The notes under the pieces: model-generated
What the model was told of the DNA's origin: nothing
What the model saw: only the letters and a program-made list of their open reading frames with translations
Databases searched by the model: none
Origin: Anaerolineales bacterium
GTDB lineage: Bacteria > Chloroflexota > Anaerolineae > Anaerolineales > E44-bin32
NCBI GenBank assembly: GCA_016927115.1
Contig: JAFGNH010000170.1
Location: 7,541 to 71,540, forward strand
Direction of reading: 5' to 3'
DNA: 64,000 nt
Translations under genes and position numbers: made by a program
In this document: piece by piece, positions 13,906 to 22,374 of the stretch
Position numbering within the stretch: the stretch's first letter is position 1
How the letters are laid out: each line of letters starts with the position of its first letter

Positions 13906-14760
13906 ATGGCAGGTGTAGACCTAACTCGTATTGCTGGAAATATCCAGGCACTGAATTCACTGAACTCACTGAACAAGATCAACAATCAGCTGGCAGCTCA
14001 TCAGCTGCGGCTCTCGACCGGCAAGCAGATCAATGAAGCGGCCGACGATCCTGCGGGCATGAGTATTGCCACAACTTTCGATATCCGCCGCCAGAGCCTG
14101 TCCACGGTTCTCAAATCCATTGGTGACGGCAAGAACTTGCTTGCTACCGCTGAAGGTGGTTTGACCAAGATCCAGGACATTCTGGTCAAGATGAAGAATA
14201 AAGCCCTCGAAGCACAGGGCGACACCATCGGTGCTGACGAGAAGGCAGCCATCCAGAAACAGGTTGTCTCCTTCAGAAACGAAATCGATGATATCGTCAG
14301 CGCCACTGAATGGAACGGCACAAAGCTGCTTTCCGGTTCCGCAGGCAGCGGGACCCCAAGCTCTCTGGCCTTCCTGACCGGCGCAGATGGCAGCACCACA
14401 TCCTTCGATCTCGGACAGGGTTTCGCGATCAGCGGCAGCGGCACATCCGGCATCAACCTGAGCGCCATCGATGTCAGCAGCAGCGCCTCAGCAGCGATGA
14501 CAGCTATCAATTCGGCCATCGATCTGCTCAAGACCGGTATTGCCGATGTCGGCTCCTTCACCGCTCGTTTGACCTTCAAAGAAGAAGCTCTCACAATCGC
14601 TCATGCCAACACCGAAGCGGCATACAACCGGATTATGAACGCCGATATGGCAAACGAACAGGTGCAGGCAAGCAAGCTGATGATCCTGCAGCAAACAGCA
14701 ACGGCCATGCTTTCTCAGGCCAACATGGCTCCACAGTTCGTTCTGTCTCTGTTCCAGTAA
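13906..14760 (+). CDS. fliC: flagellin (short form, 284 aa)
   Basis: The N-terminus LNSLNKINNQLAAHQLRLSTGKQINEAADDPAGMSIA and the C-terminus NRIMNADMANEQVQASKLMILQQTATAMLSQANMAPQFVLSLFQ are canonical flagellin D0/D1 segments. Confidence 0.95.
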   Translation: MAGVDLTRIAGNIQALNSLNSLNKINNQLAAHQLRLSTGKQINEAADDPAGMSIATTFDIRRQSLSTVLKSIGDGKNLLATAEGGLTKIQDILVKMKNKALEAQGDTIGADEKAAIQKQVVSFRNEIDDIVSATEWNGTKLLSGSAGSGTPSSLAFLTGADGSTTSFDLGQGFAISGSGTSGINLSAIDVSSSASAAMTAINSAIDLLKTGIADVGSFTARLTFKEEALTIAHANTEAAYNRIMNADMANEQVQASKLMILQQTATAMLSQANMAPQFVLSLFQ

Positions 14761-14783
14761 GCTTGAAACACACGATAGTCCAC

Positions 14784-14805
14784 GGGGAGCACAGCAGTGC
14801 TCCCC
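14784..14805 (+). terminator. hairpin downstream of flagellin (terminator or attenuator)
   Basis: GGGGAGCAC-agca-GTGCTCCCC is a 9-bp GC-rich stem. The trailing U-tract is weak (GTACTAGTTTG), so read-through into fliD is plausible. Confidence 0.45.
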
Positions 14806-14848
14806 GTACTAGTTTGAAACCAGAACCGGTAACTCCTGAGGGAACCTG

Positions 14849-16519
14849 ATGAGCAGTTACGTAGGATCACTTGACAGCAATTATGTAAATCTTATTTCCA
14901 ATTTGATGACTATTGAACGTCAACCGCTGGAACGGATGGAAACCCGCCGGGATACCATTTCCCTCCAGCGAAATACCTACTCTGACTCCCGGACCAAACT
15001 CGACGCTCTGCAGGATTCACTCCAGGCTCTGATCAGTACGGATGCTTTCTACAACTTTGAAATGGGACGTTCCTCGAATATCATTCCATCTGACCCGGAC
15101 GCCACAGTTCTCACGGCCAGCCCTTCATCAACCGCAGTCCCCGGGAAATATTCTGTGGAAGTCACACAGCTTGCCCTGGCCGATCGCGATGCTTCCTCAA
15201 TACAAGCCGGCACTGACGTGCCCCTGCGTTATAGTGGGGACTTCTGGCTGGGCGGAAACGGAACCGCATCCGTCTCGGTAATACCGGACTCCACCATCAC
15301 AGCCGCAGGCACCAGCGCAGCTCTCAATGATTGGTCTGAGCTGGGAACCAACTCATACGATGTTGAAGTAGCTGAATTTGACGGTGTAATGAAATTCCGC
15401 CTGAAGGATGTCGATGGCAATAAAGTTGGTATCAAGAACCTGTCTTCCGGTGATGAATCCCTGACCACATCCTGGCAGGAGATCACCGGTGGTACCATCG
15501 ATACCGGCCGAGGACTCACCCTCACCTTTTCCGGTACACCCTCAAGCGGCACAACCTCTGTCGAATACACAGCAGCTGGGACCAGCGTATCCATTGAGGA
15601 AAGCGACACCCTGGTAGACATTGCATCCAAAATAAACAATGCCGGCCAATCGTTCGGCAGGGAAATCGAAGCGACCATCGTCGACAACCAGCTTCTCCTT
15701 AGTGCCGCCAATACCGGAACCAATCACACAATGATCTATTCCGATGGTATAGGTTTGGGCTTCACCGATCTGCAGTCTGCTCGCAATGCTTCCTTCTCAG
15801 TGAATGGTATCTCCATCACGCGCTCCAGCAACGAAAACCTGACCAATGTAATCAGCGGTGTAACCCTGAATCTGGCCAGTGATGCCGAGGGGCAGAGTGC
15901 AGTTCTCAATGTGCTTTCCAATGATGAGCCTGCCCGTGAAGCAATCCAGGCCTTTATCGACAATTTCAACGAAGTACAGAAGTACATTGCCGCAAAGACT
16001 GCCATCACAAAAAATACTGACGGAGATAAAACCACATATTCCCGCGGTGCTCTGGCTGGAGATATTGTCTTCAACGATTTACGCAGCAATCTTTTTACAA
16101 GCCTCCTCACATCCCATGACAATGAGGGCGCCTATAACAATCTGCGAGAAATCGGGATCACCATCAATGACAGCCTGGAAGTCTCGATCACCGATAGTGA
16201 CGCCCTTGCAGAAGCGCTTTCAAAAGACTTTGATTCGGTGGTCTCCCTGCTCGATAACGTTATGAGCCAGCTTGATACCGTCATCAGCCGGTTCACCGGC
16301 AGTGAAACATCTGACGGTTATCTGGAGAACGCTCTCGATACATTCGATGATCAACTCAAGGATATAAACACAGATATCGAGCAGAAGAACGATTGGCTGC
16401 TTGACCGTGAAGCATACTACATCAAACAATTCGCTGAAGTGCAGGCTCAGATGCTAAGCCTGCAATACATGCAGCAGCAATGGTCATCCATTTATGGATC
16501 GAAAAACGGTTATTACTAG
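14849..16519 (+). CDS. fliD: flagellar filament cap protein FliD
   Basis: The N-terminus LISNLMTIERQPLERMETRRDTISLQRNTYSDSRTKLDALQDSL and the C-terminus YYIKQFAEVQAQMLSLQYMQQQ are typical of FliD. Its position after flagellin fits. Confidence 0.9.
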   Translation: MSSYVGSLDSNYVNLISNLMTIERQPLERMETRRDTISLQRNTYSDSRTKLDALQDSLQALISTDAFYNFEMGRSSNIIPSDPDATVLTASPSSTAVPGKYSVEVTQLALADRDASSIQAGTDVPLRYSGDFWLGGNGTASVSVIPDSTITAAGTSAALNDWSELGTNSYDVEVAEFDGVMKFRLKDVDGNKVGIKNLSSGDESLTTSWQEITGGTIDTGRGLTLTFSGTPSSGTTSVEYTAAGTSVSIEESDTLVDIASKINNAGQSFGREIEATIVDNQLLLSAANTGTNHTMIYSDGIGLGFTDLQSARNASFSVNGISITRSSNENLTNVISGVTLNLASDAEGQSAVLNVLSNDEPAREAIQAFIDNFNEVQKYIAAKTAITKNTDGDKTTYSRGALAGDIVFNDLRSNLFTSLLTSHDNEGAYNNLREIGITINDSLEVSITDSDALAEALSKDFDSVVSLLDNVMSQLDTVISRFTGSETSDGYLENALDTFDDQLKDINTDIEQKNDWLLDREAYYIKQFAEVQAQMLSLQYMQQQWSSIYGSKNGYY

Positions 16520-16576
16520 ACAGAAAATTATTGAACAAGGAAGTTCAATTCGAACGGAAAACCAAGGAGGGTAGTT

Positions 16577-16912
16577 ATGAGTGATCGATATATTTCATCC
16601 ATTGGATCTTCTGATCCAGATTACACCGGCAGCATGCATCAGATGGAATCTTATTCCCGGGTAAAATCAGCCGAGGCTGGTATGCCGCGGGGAGACCCGG
16701 AACCGAAAAAAGCGGAGCTTCGAGAAACAAACAGCGGACACTCCCAGGTAACAAAGCCTGCCAGTGTCCATCTGCAGTTTAAAATAGATCCATCAACCAA
16801 CGATATCACTGTCATCGTGATGGATCGTGAGTCAGAGCAAATCATTCGCACAATTCCTCCTGAGGAATTGAATGATCTGGTTGAAGGCGATCTGCTTGAA
16901 ATACTGACCTGA
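16577..16912 (+). CDS. flaG: FlaG family flagellar protein
   Basis: The C-terminal motif VHLQFKIDPSTNDITVIVMDRESEQIIRTIPPEELNDL matches the FlaG family. Its position after fliD fits. Confidence 0.75.
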   Translation: MSDRYISSIGSSDPDYTGSMHQMESYSRVKSAEAGMPRGDPEPKKAELRETNSGHSQVTKPASVHLQFKIDPSTNDITVIVMDRESEQIIRTIPPEELNDLVEGDLLEILT

Positions 16913-16979
16913 ATAATATAGCTGCTGCCCGGAACGACAGGAAAGCAATATGCCTGTCGGACAACCCTCTGCATCCCTG

Positions 16980-17015
16980 AAAAAAAACCTGGCCAACGCC
17001 AGTTTGTTTGGCGTT
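16980..17015. terminator. A-tract plus overlapping alternative hairpins downstream of flaG (possible terminator; strand ambiguous)
   Basis: aaaaaaaaCCTGGCcaacGCCAGtttgtttgg fits a + strand reading. Alternatively AACGCCA-gtttgtt-TGGCGTT is preceded by A8 on +, which is a U-tract on the - strand 7 nt after the stem. The stems are short. Confidence 0.3.
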
Positions 17016-17414
17016 AAGCATACCTGCCTCTCTCGTACCCTCCCTGTGCTGTGACACCTGAACCCACCTCAAGGCTCGTTCCTGGCAGTACAGTGATCCA
17101 GGGCGGCGCTGACGGCAAGCTAAACAGGGTATTTTACATCCATCATGGATAGAGGCAGTCATAGAGAAGACGTTCTGCCTGGCATATCAGCTTCCATTCG
17201 GCCCGGAGCACGATCACTCATCTCCCTGTGGAAGCATCCTCAGGCACCTGACAAGTATCCCTTCGGACAGGAAGGTTGCAGCGCTTCTCTTCCCCTCAGC
17301 AATCTCTGATTTCCAGTGAGAATGGTTACACCACCTGCCCGTCTGGTCAATCACTGCCATTTAGCGATTAATCAGATCCCGGAAAGGTTTAGGATTTTTT
17401 TACGCCCTCCAGGG

Positions 17415-17441
17415 TAAAGTCACACCAGTTGTCGCCGATAC
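17415..17441 (+). promoter_or_regulatory. sigma-28 promoter upstream of fliS
   Basis: gTAAAg-N15-GCCGATAc, about 30 nt upstream of the fliS start. Confidence 0.65.
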
Positions 17442-17472
17442 CTGATATCAGAGACTAAAACAGAGAAGGAGT

Positions 17473-17850
17473 GTGGCTGTGATTAATAACCCATATCAGA
17501 CAACACAGTATCAAGAGCAGGCAGTTATGGGCGCCAGCCCGCTGCGGTTGATCATCATGACTTATGATGTTGCTATCCGCGCTTGCGAAGAAAAGAATTT
17601 TAATAAAGCAGTCCATGCAGTAAGTATGCTTCGGGATGCTCTAAATTTTGATTACGGTGAAGCTGCGGCCGGCCTCTACCGCCTATATCAGTGGTGCCTG
17701 GATTGTATTCGAAGTGATGAATACCAGCAGGCAGGCGAAACACTGAAGGAAATACGAGAAGCGTGGGTCGTTGTAGAGCAGCGCCAGAATGAAATTCCTG
17801 CCTCCTCCATGCAGCTTGTAGAGGCATGGTCCACAGTCTGCGCAGCCTGA
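17473..17850 (+). CDS. fliS: flagellin-specific chaperone FliS
   Basis: NPYQTTQYQEQAVMGASPLRLIIMTYDVAIRACEEKNF..AVHAVSMLRDALNFDYGEAAAGLYRLYQWC is the FliS four-helix pattern. The start is GTG at 17473 or 17479, after GAAGGAG. Confidence 0.85.
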   Translation: MAVINNPYQTTQYQEQAVMGASPLRLIIMTYDVAIRACEEKNFNKAVHAVSMLRDALNFDYGEAAAGLYRLYQWCLDCIRSDEYQQAGETLKEIREAWVVVEQRQNEIPASSMQLVEAWSTVCAA

Positions 17851-17879
17851 GCTGAACGTTCTGTTTCAATCCTTCCTCC

Positions 17880-17918
17880 CCGGAAAGTGCGGTTGAATAT
17901 CCCAGCCGCAGTTTCCGG
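17880..17918 (+). terminator. long hairpin after fliS
   Basis: CCGGAAAGTGCGG-(13 nt)-CCGCAGTTTCCGG pairs at 12 of 13 positions. There is no clean U-tract. Confidence 0.3.
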
Positions 17919-18124
17919 TCGTATTCACGTAATTTTTACCCCCTCTTCATACCGCATTTACTGATCAAATCTCCCCTCAATGCTAGCATAAGTACCATAA
18001 GCACAGACACCTGGTAGTCCTGTCTCTGAGGTTCATTTTCTCTACGTGCAGGCTCAAACCATTAATCGGCTTATCAGCAAAATACCGGCATTTGCAGCAC
18101 AGGCAGGTATTTCGGGAGAAGGAA

Positions 18125-18580
18125 ATGAGTTTCTGGAGTTCATTTCGTATCGGTGCATCGGCACTCACGGCACAGCGCCTTCGATTGGATGTGATAGCAA
18201 ACAATATCGCCAATGCGGAAACCACTCGCACAGAAGATGGCGGGCCTTACCAGAGGAAAGATGTTGTATTCCAGGCAAAGGATGCTGAGAATCCATTCCC
18301 ATCCTTCCTCGTTTCCAACAGTGGAATGCTCCCCTATATGCAGTCCGGCGAAGGTGGTGTTGAAGTTGCCTCCATTATTGAAGATGACACACCTGGCGAA
18401 CGCGTATATGACCCCACCCACCCCGATGCGGATGAAGAAGGTTATGTGACGTATCCCAACGTCAACATCGTCATTGAAATGACAAACATGCTTTCAGCCA
18501 CCCGCTCCTATGAAGCCAATCTTGCAGCACTGGATTCAGCAAAAACGATGGCCCTTAAAGCACTCGAGATTGGGCGCTGA
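18125..18580 (+). CDS. flgC: flagellar proximal rod protein FlgC
   Basis: MSFWSSFRIGASALTAQRLRLDVIANNIANAETTRTEDGGPYQRKDVVF...VYDPTHPDADEEGYVTYPNVNIVIEMTNMLSATRSYEAN. The ATG at 18125 follows GGGAGAAGGA. Confidence 0.9.
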   Translation: MSFWSSFRIGASALTAQRLRLDVIANNIANAETTRTEDGGPYQRKDVVFQAKDAENPFPSFLVSNSGMLPYMQSGEGGVEVASIIEDDTPGERVYDPTHPDADEEGYVTYPNVNIVIEMTNMLSATRSYEANLAALDSAKTMALKALEIGR

Positions 18581-18613
18581 GCACAACAACAGGGGTAGAA
18601 CAGGATCAGGATT

Positions 18614-18913
18614 ATGGAACTGTCACGAATTAGCGGATCGCTTCCAATTACACCCGGGCAAAAAACCGGCTCAACTTCCCAGGCGGGTTCAGCACAGAAC
18701 CTGGGAAACACCTTCAAAACCGCATTAGAAGGCCTGAGCGCAGCCGAAAACAACGCTGACACGCTCATGGAAAGACTCGCCACCGGGGAAGATGTTGAAA
18801 TCCATGAAGTGATGATCGCCATGGAAGAAGCGGATGTAGGCTTCCGGGTCGCAATAGCTGTGCGAGACAAACTGATTGAATCCTATCAAGAAATTATGCG
18901 AATCCAGGTCTAG
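18614..18913 (+). CDS. fliE: flagellar hook-basal body protein FliE
   Basis: FKTALEGLSAAENNADTLMERLATGEDVEIHEVMIAMEEADVGFRVAIAVRDKLIESYQEIMRIQV. Confidence 0.9.
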   Translation: MELSRISGSLPITPGQKTGSTSQAGSAQNLGNTFKTALEGLSAAENNADTLMERLATGEDVEIHEVMIAMEEADVGFRVAIAVRDKLIESYQEIMRIQV

Positions 18914-18937
18914 ACATAAATTGAGGAATGGCTCCAC

Positions 18938-20611
18938 ATGATCGATCAACTCAGGGAACAATTCACAGCATTCTGGAAAAACCAGAGTTCAACACGAAAA
19001 GCAACGTTGATCACCCTGACAAGCGTGACCATCGTCGCGATTGTCCTGTTTATTCGGTGGGCAAACACACCCTCGTACGAGGTTGCCTTCAGCGGTCTCA
19101 GCGAAACCGACGCGGGCTTAATCGTCGAACAACTGCAGACATCCGACATTCCCTTTCAGCTGCAGGGCAGCGGCACTATCCTGGTCCCTGCAGATGATGT
19201 CTATACTGTCCGGCTGCAGATGGCAAAAGATGGTCTCCCACAGGGAGGAAGTGTTGGATACGAACTGTTCAGCGGCACATCACTGGGAATGACAGAATTC
19301 ACACAGCGGATCAATTACCAGCGGGCGCTTGAGGGAGAATTGGAACGCACAATCGGAAGCCTGCAAACTGTCGATGCCGTGCGTGTTCACATCGTTACCC
19401 CCGAGAAAAGCCTGCTGACCAGCCAACAGGATCCCACAACTGCTTCTGTGACTGTCCGGGTAGGATCAGGGCAAACCCTGTCCTCCCCCCAGGTCAAATC
19501 CATTACCCATCTTGTTGCCAGCAGTGTGGAAGGGCTCACACCCGAAAATGTTGTAGTGGTTGATATTAATGGCAACCTCCTCGCCTCTGGCCAATCGGAC
19601 GACAGTATGTCCGGCAGCGCTGCTGCAGCTGACACACATCGTGCTGCAGAAGTCGCCTATGCGATGGAAATTGAAAACAACATCAATGCACTTCTGGACT
19701 CTGTCCTCGGCCCTAACAGTTCGGTCGTTAAAGCCAGTGTTTTGATGAACTGGACCGAAAAGCAAATTACGACTCAGGCATTTGATCCTGAAACGGAAGC
19801 CATCCGAAGTTCACAGGTCATCAATGAAAATTATTCCGCCAACGGAGATGCTGCTGGAGGAATTCCGGGTGCCGAAACCAACCTTCCTGAGGACGAAACA
19901 ATGCTTACCACAACTGAGGCAAGCAGCAGTGATTACACACGGACGGAAGAGATTTTTAATTATGAGGTCACCCAAACTGAAACACTGGAACTCGTCTCTC
20001 CCGGTACTGTCAGTAAGATCTCTCTTTCCGTCATGGTCGATGGCATCACAGACACCGCGGAACTTGAAACACTTAGAACGACGATTGCCGCTGCGGCCGG
20101 CATTGATGCGGTTCGCGGTGATGTGCTTGCTGTTGAGAGCCTCGACTTTGACCATTCTTATTTTGAGACCCAGGCTGAAGAGATCGAACAGAGTGAAAAG
20201 ACTGCTTTCTACTGGCAAATTGGTGAAATTGCAGCAGCTGTCCTCATCCTGGCCGCCATTCTCTGGTACATCCAGCGAATGCTGGCCAACCTGCGTTTGA
20301 AATCTTCTAAGGAATGGACTCCGGTATTCCAGCCGGTATCCGAGATGGCGCTCAGTGATTCGATGGCCGGTGTCCCCGTTTCTGAAAGAATTCTCCAACC
20401 TGAATCAACGGGCCCACAAAAATTTGAGGACAAAGAGCAGGGGCAGGTGTCACAATCTATCGCGGCATCGGTAAAGAAATTCGAAAAAGTTCAGCCGAAG
20501 GAACATACCATCGAGGAAAAGGAACTTCAGAAGCAGATTGCACATATGGCACAGGAGAATCCCTCCAGTATTGCTGAAATTATTCACCTCTGGCTGAGTG
20601 AGGACGAGTAG
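18938..20611 (+). CDS. fliF: flagellar MS-ring protein FliF
   Basis: 557 aa with an N-terminal TM segment. The motif YEVAFSGLSETDAGLIVEQLQTSDIPFQL...RINYQRALEGELERTI.. and a C-terminal TM segment are present. Confidence 0.9.
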   Translation: MIDQLREQFTAFWKNQSSTRKATLITLTSVTIVAIVLFIRWANTPSYEVAFSGLSETDAGLIVEQLQTSDIPFQLQGSGTILVPADDVYTVRLQMAKDGLPQGGSVGYELFSGTSLGMTEFTQRINYQRALEGELERTIGSLQTVDAVRVHIVTPEKSLLTSQQDPTTASVTVRVGSGQTLSSPQVKSITHLVASSVEGLTPENVVVVDINGNLLASGQSDDSMSGSAAAADTHRAAEVAYAMEIENNINALLDSVLGPNSSVVKASVLMNWTEKQITTQAFDPETEAIRSSQVINENYSANGDAAGGIPGAETNLPEDETMLTTTEASSSDYTRTEEIFNYEVTQTETLELVSPGTVSKISLSVMVDGITDTAELETLRTTIAAAAGIDAVRGDVLAVESLDFDHSYFETQAEEIEQSEKTAFYWQIGEIAAAVLILAAILWYIQRMLANLRLKSSKEWTPVFQPVSEMALSDSMAGVPVSERILQPESTGPQKFEDKEQGQVSQSIAASVKKFEKVQPKEHTIEEKELQKQIAHMAQENPSSIAEIIHLWLSEDE

Positions 20612-20615
20612 ATCC

Positions 20616-21638
20616 ATGGCTGATTATGCAGGCATCAAAATGAGTGGGATCCAGAAAGCAGCCACCCTGCTGCTGATGCTTGGCGTTGATCAATCTTCAG
20701 CTGTCCTTCAGCATCTTGGGGAAAATGAACTCGAGCAGGTCCTGCTGGCTTTGAGTGAAGTGGGGCCGGTCCCCAATGATCAGCGTTCACAGGTTCTCGA
20801 AGAAGCCTCAACGCTGAACATAGCGGGAGCAGGAATCATGACTGGTGGAATAGAGTACACCCGTCAGGTTCTGTCCAGAGCTGTGGGCCCCCGGCGTGGA
20901 TCAGAAATTCTGGAGCGGATATCCGCCCATCAGCAGCTTTCATCCTTTGAAATCCTGAGAAATGCCGATCCCAACCAGGCAGCAGTGCTCCTCCAGGAAG
21001 AACATCCACAGACAATCGCCGTCGTTCTCTCCTACCTCGAGGCAAAACTTGCTGCAGACATCCTGGCGAATATGGAACCAGAAATGCAGACAGATGTTAC
21101 GCTGCGCCTGGCTCAGATGGACCGGATATCGCCACAGGTCATCCAGGTTGTGGAACAGGGATTAAAGAGAAAACTATCCTCTGTATTCAGCGAGGCTGAT
21201 TTTAAAGCGACAGGTGGTGTTGAATTCCTGGTGAAGGTACTCAATCAGGTGGATCGTGGAGTGCAAAAAAATATCTTTGAGTCATTGGAAACCACAAACC
21301 CCACGCTGGCAGAAGAAATCCGGGCGAATATGTTCACCTTTGATGACCTCATCAAACTGGACGATCGCGGGATGCAGCGTGTTCTTCGTGATATCAACAA
21401 ATCCGACCTTGCGCTCAGCCTCAAAGGTGCGCCTGAAAAAATTCAGGAACTGGTGTATCGAAACCTCTCCGAGCGTGCCCGGGATAACCTGAAGGATGAG
21501 GTTGAACTGTTAGGGCCGCAGCTGGCCCGCAATGTGTATGCAGCACAGCGCCGTATCGTCGACACCGTAAGGTCTCTCGAAGAATCCGAAGAGATCGTCA
21601 TAGCTGGATCTGGTGGTGCTGATGAAATCATCTACTAG
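20616..21638 (+). CDS. fliG: flagellar motor switch protein FliG
   Basis: SGIQKAATLLLMLGVDQSSAVLQHL...MFTFDDLIKLDDRGMQRVLRDI...LSERARDNLKDEVELLGP. The ATG at 20616 comes just after the fliF stop. Confidence 0.9.
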   Translation: MADYAGIKMSGIQKAATLLLMLGVDQSSAVLQHLGENELEQVLLALSEVGPVPNDQRSQVLEEASTLNIAGAGIMTGGIEYTRQVLSRAVGPRRGSEILERISAHQQLSSFEILRNADPNQAAVLLQEEHPQTIAVVLSYLEAKLAADILANMEPEMQTDVTLRLAQMDRISPQVIQVVEQGLKRKLSSVFSEADFKATGGVEFLVKVLNQVDRGVQKNIFESLETTNPTLAEEIRANMFTFDDLIKLDDRGMQRVLRDINKSDLALSLKGAPEKIQELVYRNLSERARDNLKDEVELLGPQLARNVYAAQRRIVDTVRSLEESEEIVIAGSGGADEIIY

Positions 21639-22374
21639 CGTGATCAAATCCGATATTCAGAGTCGGACATCCAGCTGGGCACCTTCCGAGCTGGATACAC
21701 TCGCGCCCCTGCACACAGATCCGATGCTCGATGAAACTGCAGTTTATACAAACCTGATCCCTCTACCTCCGGTTCAGAGCGGAACAAAAAATGCCCCGGG
21801 CAGCAATCTCTACACTGCACGGGAACAAGCTGAAACCATCCTCGCTGATGCCCGAAAACAGGCTGAAATCATCCTGAAGGAAGCCTATGAGCAGGGATAC
21901 CGTGAAGGCCGTGCAAACGTTGAACAGGATCTGATCGAGGCTTCAGCTGCAGCCCAAAAACTCGTTGAAGAAACAACAAAATGGCAGACCGAATTTTTAT
22001 CCTCTGCCGAACCTCAAATCCTGTCCATGGTTATCCAGATTGCAGAAAAACTATTCGGGAAAGGATTTCAACTCGAGGAGGAGGTCCTGCAGTCCGTCCT
22101 GACACAGGTACTGCAGCGTGCAAAATCACTCGGTGAACTGCGGTGTTTTCTCCATCCCGGGGATATTGCTGTCCTTAATAAGCAGTGGGCAGATAAGCAG
22201 CAGGTGTTTTTCGGAATCGGAATCAACTTCGTTCCGGACGAATCCATCCAGCGCGGCGGCTGTTTGATTGAAGGACTGTATGGCAGTGTGGATGCCCGGT
22301 TGGAAACAAGGCTGGAAAGCCTCATGGAAGCTCTCAAACAGGCGGCCAGCGCAGAACAAGGTGATTCACAATGA
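21622..22374 (+). CDS. fliH: flagellar export apparatus protein FliH
   Basis: ILKEAYEQGYREGRANVEQDL... then the C-terminal GGCLIEGLYGSVDARLETRLESL. It sits between fliG and fliI. Confidence 0.8.
   Translation: MKSSTSVIKSDIQSRTSSWAPSELDTLAPLHTDPMLDETAVYTNLIPLPPVQSGTKNAPGSNLYTAREQAETILADARKQAEIILKEAYEQGYREGRANVEQDLIEASAAAQKLVEETTKWQTEFLSSAEPQILSMVIQIAEKLFGKGFQLEEEVLQSVLTQVLQRAKSLGELRCFLHPGDIAVLNKQWADKQQVFFGIGINFVPDESIQRGGCLIEGLYGSVDARLETRLESLMEALKQAASAEQGDSQ

Noticed and set aside
14001-14594. 197-aa minus-strand ORF opposite the flagellin gene, with similar ones opposite fliD (15229..15723) and fliJ (23635..24150).
   Set aside because: They are antisense to unambiguous flagellar genes, with no start context and no family resemblance.
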